Below, in pieces: positions 24,743-38,918 of a stretch of DNA of 64,000 nucleotides (within the stretch, counting starts at the first letter, position 1; each line of letters begins with the position of its first letter). A program made the translations under genes and the position numbers. The notes below the pieces were generated by a model. That model had not been told where the DNA came from, did no database searches, and saw only the letters and a program-made list of their open reading frames with translations. Source of the stretch: Octopus bimaculoides (taxonomy: Eukaryota); assembly GCF_001194135.2 (NCBI RefSeq), contig NC_068986.1, positions 45,252,979 through 45,316,978 of the forward strand. Direction: 5' to 3'.

Positions 24743-27700
24743 TGGGGGAGGGGATGCTGCAAGTAGCAGTGTCATTATAAAATTAAATGAATTTTCCCTT
24801 GCAGTGGCAATAATGACAATGAGATGAGGTGGAAGAAAAGGAAAAGAAAAGAAGAGAAGGGGAGGTCAGAAGAATAAGCCTAAGTAGAACTAGCTACAAT
24901 GACATCATGTCCAACCTTCTCAAATAGTCCTGAGAAGCATTTGCTTTTATAAAGAAACAATAAGATTTTAGTTTTAACCAAGGATAAATTACCTAAACAA
25001 TACCAGTTCGAACTTTTATCAATGATCAACTTTAGTTATTTGAGAAAGAACATAGGAGACCAGGATGCAAAATTTTTTTTCCCACAAGAGTTCCGGACCC
25101 CAGTTATGAACTCATTTGCATACAGCCAATCACAGCTCAACTAACAAACTAGTGTCCACCTAGTCACGAAAATACTCTAGTTGAGTTTAGTGGAAAATGT
25201 GCGTTATAGCAAAATCTAACTGTTCTAAATGGGTTAACAGGAGTAGCAAATGTGAAATTTAGTGTACAGAGTGAATGGAGAGCTGCTCACCGATGATGCC
25301 ATAAGTGTTGCCAATTTGTGTAATTTACTAGAAAATGTAAATGTGTGTAGTTTCCTAATTTTTTGACAGATTTATACATTCCTAATTTAAAATGTTGGTG
25401 TTTATCTAGAAACATCTTAATCAATATGGCGTTGTGTCATATTGCGCCCTCCTTGCATATATCAATGGGTACATGCAGTATCACTAATCTCAGTCTGAGC
25501 ATAGGTACCTAATGTTAGTTCCATATGCAATTGATCGATGAGGATGGGGTGGGGTGGGAATGTGGTGTTTATGTGTGACCTGTTATGCTGTATTCACAGA
25601 GTGGCATACACCATTCTATGCCTGACTGACTGTTCTGTAGTACTACACAGTATGTGGATTTTAAAGGTAAGCTCTGATTGGCTGTATGCAAATGAGTTCA
25701 TTACTGTGGTCTGGAACTCTTGTGAGAAAAAAAAAAATTTGTGACCAGGACATCAGCATTAGCAGTAGAGGCAGGAAAAACAGGAGTGAAAATTGAACTC
25801 ACTTTAAAATCATGTTCAGCTCACCTATTGAAATCAATCTGTGCTTTGGATTTTGTCTGCCTTTTTTTTATTTTCAGAGAGAATGTTTTTATTTTGTCTT
25901 TACACAAAAACTGTAATTTTTTTGTCAACTTATGGTTATATTTGGGGGTGGTCATATTTTTTGCCAATTAACCACACAAACTATATATACGTTCTTCACT
26001 TCAGCTTTATTATTATTATTTTAGTGTCCTTTGAAATTTTTCATCACACCTCCTGTGACCTCTTCAGTAACTCTCCACCCTCATGTCTCCTGTTCTGTTT
26101 AGTCCATTCTCCATTCCAAATTTTTTGTCAACATATTTACAATAAAGAAATGATTAAAAAAGCTTGTCAGACCACATCATGGTCCCAACAAACAAAAGAA
26201 AAGATGTCCCAGAAGATGGTGAAGGAGATGTGCTGGGAAAAACTAATTGACTCATGGGGCTCACACTTACGGATAGCCATCTCTGTTCCAACAGCAATGA
26301 GCAAGAATATGGTCCAGGGTCAAAGAAAGCCGGAGATCTTCACCACCACAGGTTTGACCATAAACCTGTCAGTATATTATGTTTCTTTTCCCCAGTTATT
26401 CTATTAATCTTTTTTGTCACAATGTTGAAAAAACATTGAAGGTGGCGAGGAGTGACTGTGTGGTAAGTAGCTTGCTTACCAACCACATGGTTCCAGGTTC
26501 ATTCCCACTGCGTGGCACCTTGGGTAAGTGTTTTCTACTATAGCCTCGGGCCGACCAAAGCCTTGTGAATGGATTTGGTAGACGGAAAGTGAAAGAAGCC
26601 TGTCGTATATATGTATATGTTTGTGTGTCTGTGTTTGTCCCCACAACATCGCTTGACAACCGATGGTGATGTGTTTAGGTCCCCGTAACTTAGCAGTTCG
26701 GCAAAAAAGACCGATAGAATAAGTACTAGGCATCCAAAGAATAAGTCCTGGGTTCGATTTTCTCGACTAAAAGGCGGTGCTCCAGCATAGCCGCAGTCAA
26801 ATGACTGANNNNNNNNNNNNNNNNNNNNNNNNNNNNNNNNNNNNNNNNNNNNNNNNNNNNNNNNNNNNNNNNNNNNNNNNNNNNNNNNNNNNNNNNNNNN
26901 NNNNNNNNNNNNNNNNNNNNNNNNNNNNNNNNNNNNNNNNNNNNNNNNNNNNNNNNNNNNNNNNNNNNNNNNNNNNNNNNNNNNNNNNNNNNNNNNNNNN
27001 NNNNNNNNNNNNNNNNNNNNNNNNNNNNNNNNNNNNNNNNNNNNATTCCGGTTTAAGCACCCCTCATAACATTTTCATTCTTTGGAATTTTCAGAAAAGT
27101 TTTGTGAATCTGTGTTCTACTCATGGGAATTCATACAATTGGGAGAGAAAAAAAAAGACAATTAGAAAAACATTTTTTAAACTAATCCCGCCTCCATAAA
27201 TCTTAAAATTACCACTCTTTTTCGAATTAAAAAAAAAATCAAACTTTAAAATAAAGACTGAATTTTTTGCTTAAATCCCAGCAATGGACCATTAAATGTG
27301 CTTATGGAATGGAAAATATTGAAAAACATCAATACATACCAGAGAGAGGGGGAGAGAGAGAGAAATGAGGAAGGTATCAGGTGGTTGTGAGAGGTGCTAA
27401 AAATAACCGCTAAATCACCCACAAACTTTTTTTTCGTAACTGTATGAATTCTCGTGTGTATAACACAAATTCAAAAAACAAATTTCTGAAAATTCCCAAA
27501 AAATAAATGTTATGAGGTGTTTAAATCTCATATGGGGTGCTTAAGCCAGAATTCTGCTAAAATATTGACAATCGAGGGCTGTCCTAAAAATATGAAACTA
27601 AATTGGGATAGAAACCGAGAATGACGACGTGAAAACCCATAAATCTTATATTAATAAACATGAAAACTATGCATAGAACCTATGTGCGTACATACAAGTT

Positions 27701-30700
27701 TTTTTCAAAGTCTTTGAACCTATTTTGTCACACATGCTCTTACAGATACGATTTAAATAAAGCATTACTCATTCCACATTGTCACCTGGATTTTTCTTGG
27801 CGAGTGTCCACCACTCTTCCTGTGTATGGATGTTCCCATCTTTAAATCAAGAAAATTTTGAAAAAAATGGTTCACACTATATATGTGGCCTTAACTAAGC
27901 TAACAAACCCATCCATCAGATACCAAACATGTTTCCGTGGCTTTTCACTTCTGTTACTTATTTAGGTATACTACTTTACAGCGGTGTACCTCATTTGCTA
28001 TTTCAGAAATGCCCATGCCCATCACTATAAGATACTACACAACAAGGAGCTGGTGTTTATGAAACTAAGGGATTTTAACTATTGTCACTTTCAGTGCAAT
28101 TTACTTTCACTTTTTTTACGGCACGAGACTGCATGTTTAACCAGAATGTTTTCGTTGTCATTCGACGCGCAAGAAAGAGGAGTTACACTTGTGCGTTGGG
28201 AAGTTGAGTTACGGATATTAGTCGCAAGAAGGAAGTCGAAATTTGTAATAATGAACAGGAACTGGGTTTCGAAGTTATTCTATTTATTTATTTTAGAGCA
28301 ATTTTGTAAACAGCATCGTTGGAAACAGGTTTTTTTTTTAAAGTCAATCACTGGTTCACTGCATTTACGATAGCAGGAGATGTCTAAAAGCACCGGTTTT
28401 CGGGTTTTCTTGCCAGTGTTGACAATTTTTCGTCAATATACATTGCTGAAAGATATACATATACTAGTGTATATAATAAGCACACAGACTTCCGCAGTTT
28501 CCGTCTACCAAATTCTGTACACTAAAGCATTAGCTAACTCTTGCCATAAGTGCTTACGTGATGGCAATGAATCCAGTATCAGGTGGTTGCGAAACGAGTT
28601 TGCAAAAACTTCGCGTCCGACTCGCTAATGCTTTATTAAACAACTACATTTTTCAATACGTGCGAACCCTTAATGTTGTTACTATAATTGTTAGCCCCGA
28701 GTCAATCTTGATTAAGCGGACCCATTATCAAAAGCATTGTTGCCTAGACCATCTCGTTTCTTCAGTGGAAATGGAGACGGTGTCCCATTTAAACTCGGTG
28801 CAGCCCGAATTTACACAGCCTGGCAGTCCCGTGTTACAAAATTACAACAGGTCTTATAAAAACTGAAGACATGAATGCCTTTCAGCTATTTTGAGGCCTC
28901 TGTGGATAGCTTGTTTAGTTTATGCCTAAATCTAACACTAAATGTAGGTAGGACATTTTCCAGTGTCATTTTTAAGTTCAAGACAGTCGAGTGTGATTTT
29001 TAGATACAGGCAGTTTCTCCTAGGTCGAGTGACTTCGACAGTTGAGCGTACTGAAACAGCGGTTACATCTCCCTTAAGTCAAAGCCCACTGCCTTGTTTT
29101 CAATTACATTTAAATATAATTGAAGACGAGGATGGATAAGAAGCCGAAGTTAACTTCGGCGGGATTCGAAACCCGAGGTGCAAAACGGGACGTGGAAATA
29201 AACTCTGAAAAATAGAGTAATATTTAAGAAAAAATGAAGTGAGAATGGACATGGCCGAACCATCTTTAGTCAGAGCTCGTTTAAGTCTAAATAAGTTCGC
29301 AACATCATTATCAGTAGATGAATAGAATACCGAATAAAATGCATTACAGTATTTCGTAGTGTATCGTAACTCACATACATACTTCCGGGTGTGATGAAAT
29401 GTATTACATGAAAAGCCTATTCTAATTGATGTCTCATTGTGAACGTTGCCGGTTATAATCTAAGCAGACTTTCCCGTAGAGATATTCTAATGCGACCTTC
29501 AGAATTTGTATATTTCTATACAACTATGACTAATTGTTTATAATACGGAATAGGGGATGGTGGTTTAGACAATTAAATCGACCTCAGTATTTCACTGGTA
29601 CTTAATTTATCCACCCTGGAGGTATAAAAAGTAATACTAGCCATCAGCGGGATATGAACTTGAATAGAAAGAACTGGAGGAAAATACCGTAAAGTATTTT
29701 TTTCCGCCTCTGTAAACGATTCTGTATATCTAACACCAAATTACTAATACTACTACAAAAATAATAATGGTTTCTGATTTAGATGTATGTTCATTAGTCG
29801 ATTACAGATGCGACAACGGTAAATTTATGATCGTAATGTTTGAATCTATCGGTATTGTTTTTAACCACGGGAAGCTTGTGATTAAACACGTTCATTCAAT
29901 CTTTAATTTAAACATAGTATATCTATTACCTCATTATTCATTAAGATTTTTTTTCTTTTCCGTTTACTTTATTTATTTTCTCTGAAGACGATAATGTGTG
30001 ATTAGAGAAAGATTTGACTGCTATTTCTACTTCCTCGAGCGACCATATAAAAAATCTCGTTGAATTGTGGTCTCCCTTGTATGAATAATAGGAAATACCC
30101 CACCACCACTTATGGAAGCAGATGAATGACTAAGTCACGTAGCAAGTATAAACTTTATCAGAAGAAATGAAAGGAATAATAAATGGAAAGAAAAGTAGTA
30201 TTTTATTAAATATACATTTAAATAAACCTTACATTTGTTACATTACTATATACATACATATGCATAAACTCCCGCACATAGGCATGTAGATAGATAGACA
30301 GATAGATAGGAGCAGGTGTGAGTGTTTTAAAGAAGTTTGCTTTCCAACAACATGGTTTCAGGCTCAGTCCTACGCCACTTTGAGCAACTGTCTTTTACTT
30401 ACTCACCAAAGCCTTGATGAAAACTGGAAGAAGCCTTGCATATGTATGTGTGTAATGTTTGTCTCTTTGTCTTGACATCGCACGATAGTTGTGAATGAAT
30501 ATCACTGTAAAAATAATGCCCCCCCCCCACGCACACACCATAGGGTAACATTACCTTGCTTGGAAACAGGCCGTAGAAAATCTATGCAGTCCGACCCATG
30601 CAAGCAGGGAAAAATGTATGTTTAAAACGATGATAATGACGGTGGTGTATATACGTACAAATGTGTATATAATGCATGCCCACCTTTATAAATTATACAC

Positions 30701-33700
30701 ATGAATAATCCCTCTTTCTCTGTCTCATATACATACATATTATACATTAATTTTATTCGAATTATTTTACTGTTTATTGTTTTGTTTAATAGCACTTTAC
30801 AATTTCCCCTTCAAAGAAAACCGTGATTATCAATGTGTCATATTTTAAAATAATTTCTTTTACTAACAACGATTCTTTAAAGAAAAAAAAATCATGTAAT
30901 CCTGTGAACTAATTGTTCCCGATACAGTTAAATCGGGTTTTCCCCCCTTTTATAATAGCGCCAACTGTTAATTCATTCATTTTACAAAAGGTACTAATAC
31001 AAACAAGGGAGTTTCTACGATTGCTAGAAACAATAGTCAAATTTTCATTAAATCGCACGCTTCCCTTTAAGACAGATGACATCAAAAACTACGTTGGATA
31101 ATATAGTATTAAACGCTCTGTCAGAAAATTCACGAGATGGTTACGACTAGAATGCTTTTGAACATAGGTTAATCAATTAGGGCCGGCTAAGGAACAACAG
31201 TTAACATCACGTGATTTAGTCTTTTACCTTCGTAAGACAATGAGGAAGGGGAATTACCTATATAAACTAAGTGAGGGAGGATCCACGCGGTTGAAATTGA
31301 AGAAAAAAGCTATAATGTGGAAGATCGCCGCACACACACACAGATACGGGTTATTTAAATGTACATGTGCGGTGTGTGTATTTATCAGTCACAAAGTTGA
31401 GATTTTCGGTCGATTGACTTGCAATCACGTGGTAACTCAACATGCTAGAATTGGCAACCAAATCTTCCACAAAACACCTTGTCTTAAATTGTAAGAACTG
31501 CGACTGCGGAACACACGAAAGTGAAAGTAGCATGTTGTATTCAAAGATCTCCGTAATCCTAGATATATCTAAATACACGATGAATATGTTTGGAACACTT
31601 GATAATTTCTGTTTAATCGATCAGGGCTGACCTAGGAGTCCATGCTGGGAGTAAAAAATGACAGTTCGAGTCAAAATATAGTGTTTGTCGTACGTCGCTA
31701 GGAATACCTATTTTAAGTTAATTTCTTATTGTCTAAAAATAGCAATGAAATGTATCAATAGAATTATTATTACAAACAATAATCCATTTCAAGGTAATAA
31801 CTTGATAGGATCACTAACTTTGCCGGGCAAAATACATCTCAAGGATCGCTAGATTGGCGGGCAAATTATCCTGCAATTCTCCTTTCCTTATATTCCGATA
31901 TGAAATCTTACTAAGGGATTTGTATTCAACTACTGACTTGATTTAATCAACTATATCCTCCCACAAAATTGTTAGACTAGAAGGATGTCTATTAAGAGTC
32001 GTTTTACTTGTTAAGAACCAAATTGAACGTGGATCAGTTTCTGTCCGCGGGAAGAATGAAATAGAAATAAAAATAACGACTTTAAATTGAAATCGTTCAG
32101 TTTAACACACACACTTTTTTTTCTTTGACGCCGTTGTTTCTGTAGTAACCCCATAATTTAGGCGCCGAAATAGAAAATTTCTAAAATTGGAAATAAACGC
32201 TTTGACTCCTTTCACATGCGTGGATTCGAGTGTACAAACGCGCGAAAACATGCGTCTTTCTGAAGGTGTTCGAACCGCGTTGAGTCTCATCTTTTAAAAG
32301 CTTTCCAAACGCGACCATCCCGTCCTGTAAAAAGAAAGTGTTCAAATTGTGCCCACAACTTTTTGTTTAGCCCAAATCTCCATACCCAACCATCGTTTTG
32401 GTTGACCTTAACGCCTTCCTTTGATTAGAGATCTACGGCATCAAAGCTGATTTGGCGGCTTAACAAAAATGACGACTAGCGATAAATTCGTGTATGTGCC
32501 TGTACAGCTGTTATCCGGCTATATTCCTTGTCACTTTCGTAGTTAAAATTCATTAAACATTATTTTAAATAAGATCTGAAAAGCAAAAGATGGATAATCA
32601 CGTGTAGAATGCCTTTGGTCATATGACTACCTAGATCAGAGCTGACCAACAACTACGGGCTGATACATCTCATCTGACGGGGAATTCTACTGTCACCACT
32701 CAGTCTGCTAGAAATAACAGCCAAATCATTACTGAAACGCCTTTCATTATACAAGCCTGTTGGATCAAGGATGACTAAAGCCTTATCAACAATAACAACA
32801 ACAGACAAAAACTATGCAGAAGTAGGGGAGATTCGTCAAGACAGATCGTGTGATCGCGTAATGGGATCCTCGTTCGCTGAGATTAAGTTTGTCGCCAGTT
32901 ATAGTCGTTTCGGCATTCCAGCTACGACCATCCCATTTTGTTTTTTCAGGCAATCGTATTATTTGAAATATGTCTGCTGTGTGTTATTATTTGTTTTTTA
33001 GTATTTCTAAGGAATGTAACTTGTTTCTAATATATTGGGTGACAATAGTACATACGCACGCGCGCACATATACAATCATAACACTATTTTGCGGTTCGTT
33101 GTTATTATTTAACTCCAGGTCAACTTTGATCGGGCAGACTTAAGATCGAAAACATTCCACATATGACCATCCCATGATTAAAGCATAACCCGGACTACAT
33201 TATTCAATGTCTTGAAGAAAAAAAAAAGTGTGAGACAAGGGAGATTTTAGCTTAAAAAAAGTGAGATGGTCACGGTTTTAAACGTGGAATGGACATGGAA
33301 CACTTTTAAAACAGAGATTGGCTGGTCGGTTTTAAACGTGGAATGGACACGGAACACTTTTCGAAGAGGAATGGATGTTCACGATTGGACCGCCTTTATA
33401 AAAATGCAGTCGCGCGTCGACACATTTCCGAGCCTTCTGTTATTTGTCTTCTCAGTTTGCACACTGGTCCGTGCACTGAATTGACTTCTTCAACCTCAGA
33501 GAACCTCCAGCACCCGAGGGTTCTCCATACAACCTGAATGCATGGAGAACTTGGAGTGCCGGACACCAGAATTCCTTCCGCACTCTGACTGGTATAGTTC
33601 AAAGGAGTGAAGATCAATGCGTTTAGCACAAGCTTCTCAAAGTAGTGTCCAGTAGATCATCAGACTGTCATTCCCCACTCCAGATTTAAAAGTTTTACTC

Positions 33701-36700
33701 CCTAAACTTTCTATCTCATCGAACCTATTCCAGGCATTCAGGTAGAGCTGTCACACTCGAAATAGTGATCTCAGCTATTAACCACAGTCCAAAGCTACGC
33801 TATACGTTTTTATTATCGTAAAAATTGAAACTTGAACACAATTGAGTTTTCAATAATATAGAAAATTTACGTAGAAAATATAGAAAAGAATACTAGAAAG
33901 TTAACAAATCACAGGCGTGATTGTGTTCTAAGAATTTTGCTTCCCAACCACATGGTTCCGCATTCAGTTCCACTGCATAGCACCTTGGGCAAGTGTTTTC
34001 CATGTGATTGGATTTGGTAGACGGAAACTGAAAGAATGTGTGTGTGTTTGTTCCACACCATCGCTTGACAACCAGTGTTGGTTTGCTTACGTCCCCGTAA
34101 ATTAGCGGTTCAGTAAGATAGACAAGATCGAATACAGTATCAGGCTTTGTAAAAAGTACTGGGTCGATTCATTCGACTAAAAATTCTTCAAGGTGGTGCC
34201 TTAGTATGGCCGCAGTTTAATGACAGGAACAAGTTTTTCTTGTTTTCTGCCTTTAGTGAAACTAAACTATACTATTATACCAAGCCAAAGTGAAAGTCAT
34301 TTTTCATTAAGCACCTAACAACACAACTTACTAAAATGCGCATTATGTAACTACAGTTTAGCGCTGTATAATTTTCTGAAAAATGCATATTTTTAAATGA
34401 AACTTTACAGAGATAGGTTTCTGAGAAATGTATGATTATGTTGATAATATTCAGAAACAAAACAAAACCTTTTTTTGGCTTGGGAAGTGAATTTCAAGTT
34501 ATTCTCTCCCCACCACTACTCCCGTTAACTTTGTTACCACCAACTCCCCTAAGTTTAACACTTTTCACATTTTAAAAAGATTTTTATGTTCGAAACTCCA
34601 ACATTACATAATGTGCACTGTCGTAAATGTATTTCTGGAAAATTTCATTTAATAAAAATATGCATTTAAAGAAAGTCGTGAAGAAACAAAGTCGAGAGAG
34701 AAAAATGATCTCAAACTCTTTGTTATCAACATAATCGTAATCTACACCCCCGGAAACGCATCACTGTAAAATTACATTTAAAAAATACGCGTTATTTAGT
34801 AAGTTGTGAAGAAAAAAATCGGTGGTAAGAATCACCAAAGTGTAGTCATGCACGTTTATCTTTTTCAATTCAAACATAACTGAAAGTTGAGAAAAATCCC
34901 TCGTTTAGTGACTTTTGAACACACACACACACACAAACAAAATTATATGATTTTTATTTAAGGACTGCATATAGTAACTTATTGTTTTATTTCAAATGTT
35001 GAAAACATGATGGAAACAAAGAATCACTTGTAGCTTCTATAAAAAAAAGGTTCTTAAATCTCCGGCCACGAACATAAGTGTTTGGAACTAAGTGATAATT
35101 AAACTGTTCAAATTCAAACCCGAATTATTTTTTTCATAACGTAATTGAAATGACCAAGTTCGTAAACTGGAAATATATTCTCCGATAATTCAATAGCCCT
35201 TACGTTCTTTCATCTAAATATGCACTAGTTTAATTAGTACAGAATTTAAAACAGNNNNNNNNNNNNNNNNNNNNNNNNNNNNNNNNNNNNNNNNNNNNNN
35301 NNNNNNNNNNNNNNNNNNNNNNNNNNNNNNNNNNNNNNNNNNNNNNNNNNNNNNNNNNNNNNNNNNNNNNNNNNNNNNNNNNNNNNNNNNNNNNNNNNNN
35401 NNNNNNNNNNNNNNNNNNNNNNNNNNNNNNNNNNNNNNNNNNNNNNNNNNNNNNNNNNNNNNNNNNNNNNNNNNNNNNNNNNNNNNNNNNNNNNNNNNNN
35501 NNNNNNNNNNNNNNNNNNNNNNNNNNNNNNNNNNNNNNNNNNNNNNNNNNNNNNNNNNNNNNNNNNNNNNNNNNNNNNNNNNNNNNNNNNNNNNNNNNNN
35601 NNNNNNNNNNNNNNNNNNNNNNNNNNNNNNNNNNNNNNNNNNNNNNNNNNNNNNNNNNNNNNNNNNNNNNNNNNNNNNNNNNNNNNNNNNNNNNNNNNNN
35701 NNNNNNNNNNNNNNNNNNNNNNNNNNNNNNNNNNNNNNNNNNNNNNNNNNNNNNNNNNNNNNNNNNNNNNNNNNNNNNNNNNNNNNNNNNNNNNNNNNNN
35801 NNNNNNNNNNNNNNNNNNNNNNNNNNNNNNNNNNNNNNNNNNNNNNNNNNNNNNNNNNNNNNNNNNNNNNNNNNNNNNNNNNNNNNNNNNNNNNNNNNNN
35901 NNNNNNNNNNNNNNNNNNNNNNNNNNNNNAACCCTAAGCCTAAAACCCCAACCATAATCCTAACCCGAAAAATTTCTGGAAATTTTTTTCAGAATCATAA
36001 TCTCCGTATTTTTTCGCATATTTTGACAAAAAAAAAAAAAAAATTTGTGAAAAAATTTTTTACAAAGAGATGAAATTAGAAAAAAAAAAAAGAAAAGAAA
36101 ATATCAGTTAATTAGTACGATGCAGGGTATTACAGGTACATTTTATTAAGACGGGAGGAGAAAATAAAAACAAGTAAAAATTAACTAGCGTTAAGAGATT
36201 CTGTCTAGTTCTTTACGATTTCGGTTATTTTGCCCCCATCCGCTCATTTTTATAATATCGGCATGAAACCTGTAGTGGGCAAACAGGATGTTATAATCAT
36301 GATTCACGACCTCATTGCGCCTAAATAAATAGAAATTTGAAATTGCAATCAACGTAAATGTGATAACAAAGGGAAGTAACTGTCAGACCTCTGTCCCAGC
36401 CTGAGTCAGTCCGGCGTAGTTTAAGCTTGAGTCATCTCCCAGTGTTAGTTTCCTATCTGTTACTCATCCTTTCATTATCCAACTTAAATTTCCAAAGTGA
36501 ACAAAGAACTGTTTTGGAGCTGAGAAATGCGTCCAATGCCGAATCTCTATGGATCCCTCTTCCAAATTCAATGAACCACCTAACGGAAAAGTGTGAGTGT
36601 GTGGTGGTGGAGAGGAATGTGCCCCAGTAAGAAATCAATAATGACGAAAAGCAATGAATCTGTGTTTAATTAAGTCAAATGTTGAAAAATAAATATTTCA

Positions 36701-38655
36701 TGAATATAGAAAAACTAATGTCATATATTTTGAGGAGAAAGCGTGAGAAATTATAATATTTATACCTTTTCTAAAGTTGTGAATTACGTGAAAACATTCA
36801 AATTAAGCTACACCAGCTGGTAATCTAGGTGGTGCAGCTTAATAGGATTATCTAATTGCATTTTTCATGTAATATTATATGTGAACGTGTTAATACGCTT
36901 GAAACAATATTCTATGGTAAATAATTACCTAATCAGCAAAATTATAGTTTAAAATTACTGAATGTCACACAAGTTATGATTAAAATAGATTGTTGCAATT
37001 ATAAATTAAGACAGGAATAAAAATTAAGAAATATAGAATCTATGATTCATAGCATTTTAATAAATCAAATATTTCATTGGCAAAAGTTTTCATTTTAAAA
37101 TTAATCTTGCTCTGATTGTAGTAATGCCATTTAACCCCAGTTTTGCATTGATTTAAGTGCACTGTCACACTAAATATAAACAGGGCTGCAGTAATAAATT
37201 AAGACAGCAATCAAAATTAAGAGATATGAAATCTATGAACCATGATGCTTTAATAGATTAAATATTTCATTGGAAATCGAACCTTAAATTTTTTTTTTAA
37301 ATTACTTTTGCTCTGAGAGTAGTACGCCATTTAACCACAGGTCTGCATTGATAGAAAGGACCATCCTGTCTTTTTTAAGAGTATTTAGGAATACATTATC
37401 CAATACGAACTTTCTATTTGCCAGGTGACAGTGTGTGATTAGAGGAACGTTTGACTGTCATTTTTAGCAAGCTGAGGGAGAACAATAAGATTCCTTTGTT
37501 GGTTTGCTTCTAGTAATATATCTGATATATTTTCTAGATGTAAACATAATGGGTTTTAGTTTATACAACTGGAAAATTTTTATATAAAAAAGAAATCTAT
37601 AATCTGAGTACAAGAGGCAAGCATTAAATAGAAAGTGATGAGCTATGGTGATATTCATTCTTTGATCTCATAGTTGAAACCACTCCATTTCATTTATATT
37701 ACTGATGGTTTAGAAAAAGCATCAACATCACAACACCACCATATTTTCAGGTGAATAATAATATTGCAATTATCTTCAATGATATGGTATGAATATAGAT
37801 ACTTTTAAGGTAAAGTCAAATAAATGTTGAAATATTGATTTCAAATTTTGGCACAAGGCCAGCAATTTCAGGGAGAGGTAAGTTGGTTACATCAATCCCC
37901 CAGTACTCAACTGGTACTTATTTTATTGACTCCTGAAAAGATGAAAAGCAAAGTTGATCTCAGCAGAATGTGAAGATGGATAAAATGCTGCTAAGCATTT
38001 TGCCTGGTGTGTTAACAATTTTGCCAGCTCATCACCTTTAAGTGTTGAAATAATATAAAAGAATACTATCCCAATTTTTTAGTTTGCTTTTTAAATTCAA
38101 TTAGTTTTCAGGTTGAAACTTCAAACCAAAAGAGGAGAGAATTGTATTGAATTTTAAAACTGATATGGAAAACCAAATGCAAATCTGAAATTTACTAAAA
38201 CAAATTGACTGTATTTAGCTTATATGCTTGTGATCTGTATTCAAATTAATTTTTTTATTTCATAATTTAAAACCTAACATTCAGTATAAATTGAATTTTC
38301 AAGTTTTGAATTTCCTTTCCAGATTCTGGAAAAATCTGAAAATTCAAACAACAAAACTAAAAAAAAAAGAAAGCCTGTTTAAATGAATTTGAATCAAAAT
38401 TTCCATCTCTGGACTAATGGCCTGTCTGTACTCAAATTATACAACTCTACACCATACCACTTAACACCAATAAAAGGCATATTACCAGATTGCTAATATA
38501 CACTCAATATTCCACACCATAAAATACAGGAGAAATTATATAGTTGCTTGACTTAACAGAAATAGCAGCAAAAATCTCTTCCAAACCCCTACCACCCCAT
38601 TACCCCATTACATTGTACAATCTAAACAAAGGACATATTGAATATTTAAGAAATA

Positions 38656-38693
<38 letters not shown>

Positions 38694-38884
38694 TGTTGGC
38701 AGTTTCTTTTCCTTCTTTGGACTTTTCCTTTTCTCCTTTCCAACGAAGAGCTTTGCTTGAAACATCAAACTCTCTCCTTTCACCGATCATCAAACTACTA
38801 CATTTTTTGTGAAGTCCTCATGTTGTCCATTTTTATTTGTTTATTTGAATTGATATATATATNNNNNNNNNNNNNNNNNNNNNN

Positions 38885-38918
<34 letters not shown>

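Noticed and set aside
23179-26733. Recurrent ORFs such as [21 protein letters not shown]
   Set aside because: Translations of the same SINE family; no protein-coding element.
35931-35970. Telomere-like cctaac/cctaa motifs
   Set aside because: Highly degenerate, fewer than 7 units, at a gap edge; more likely part of a dispersed repeat.
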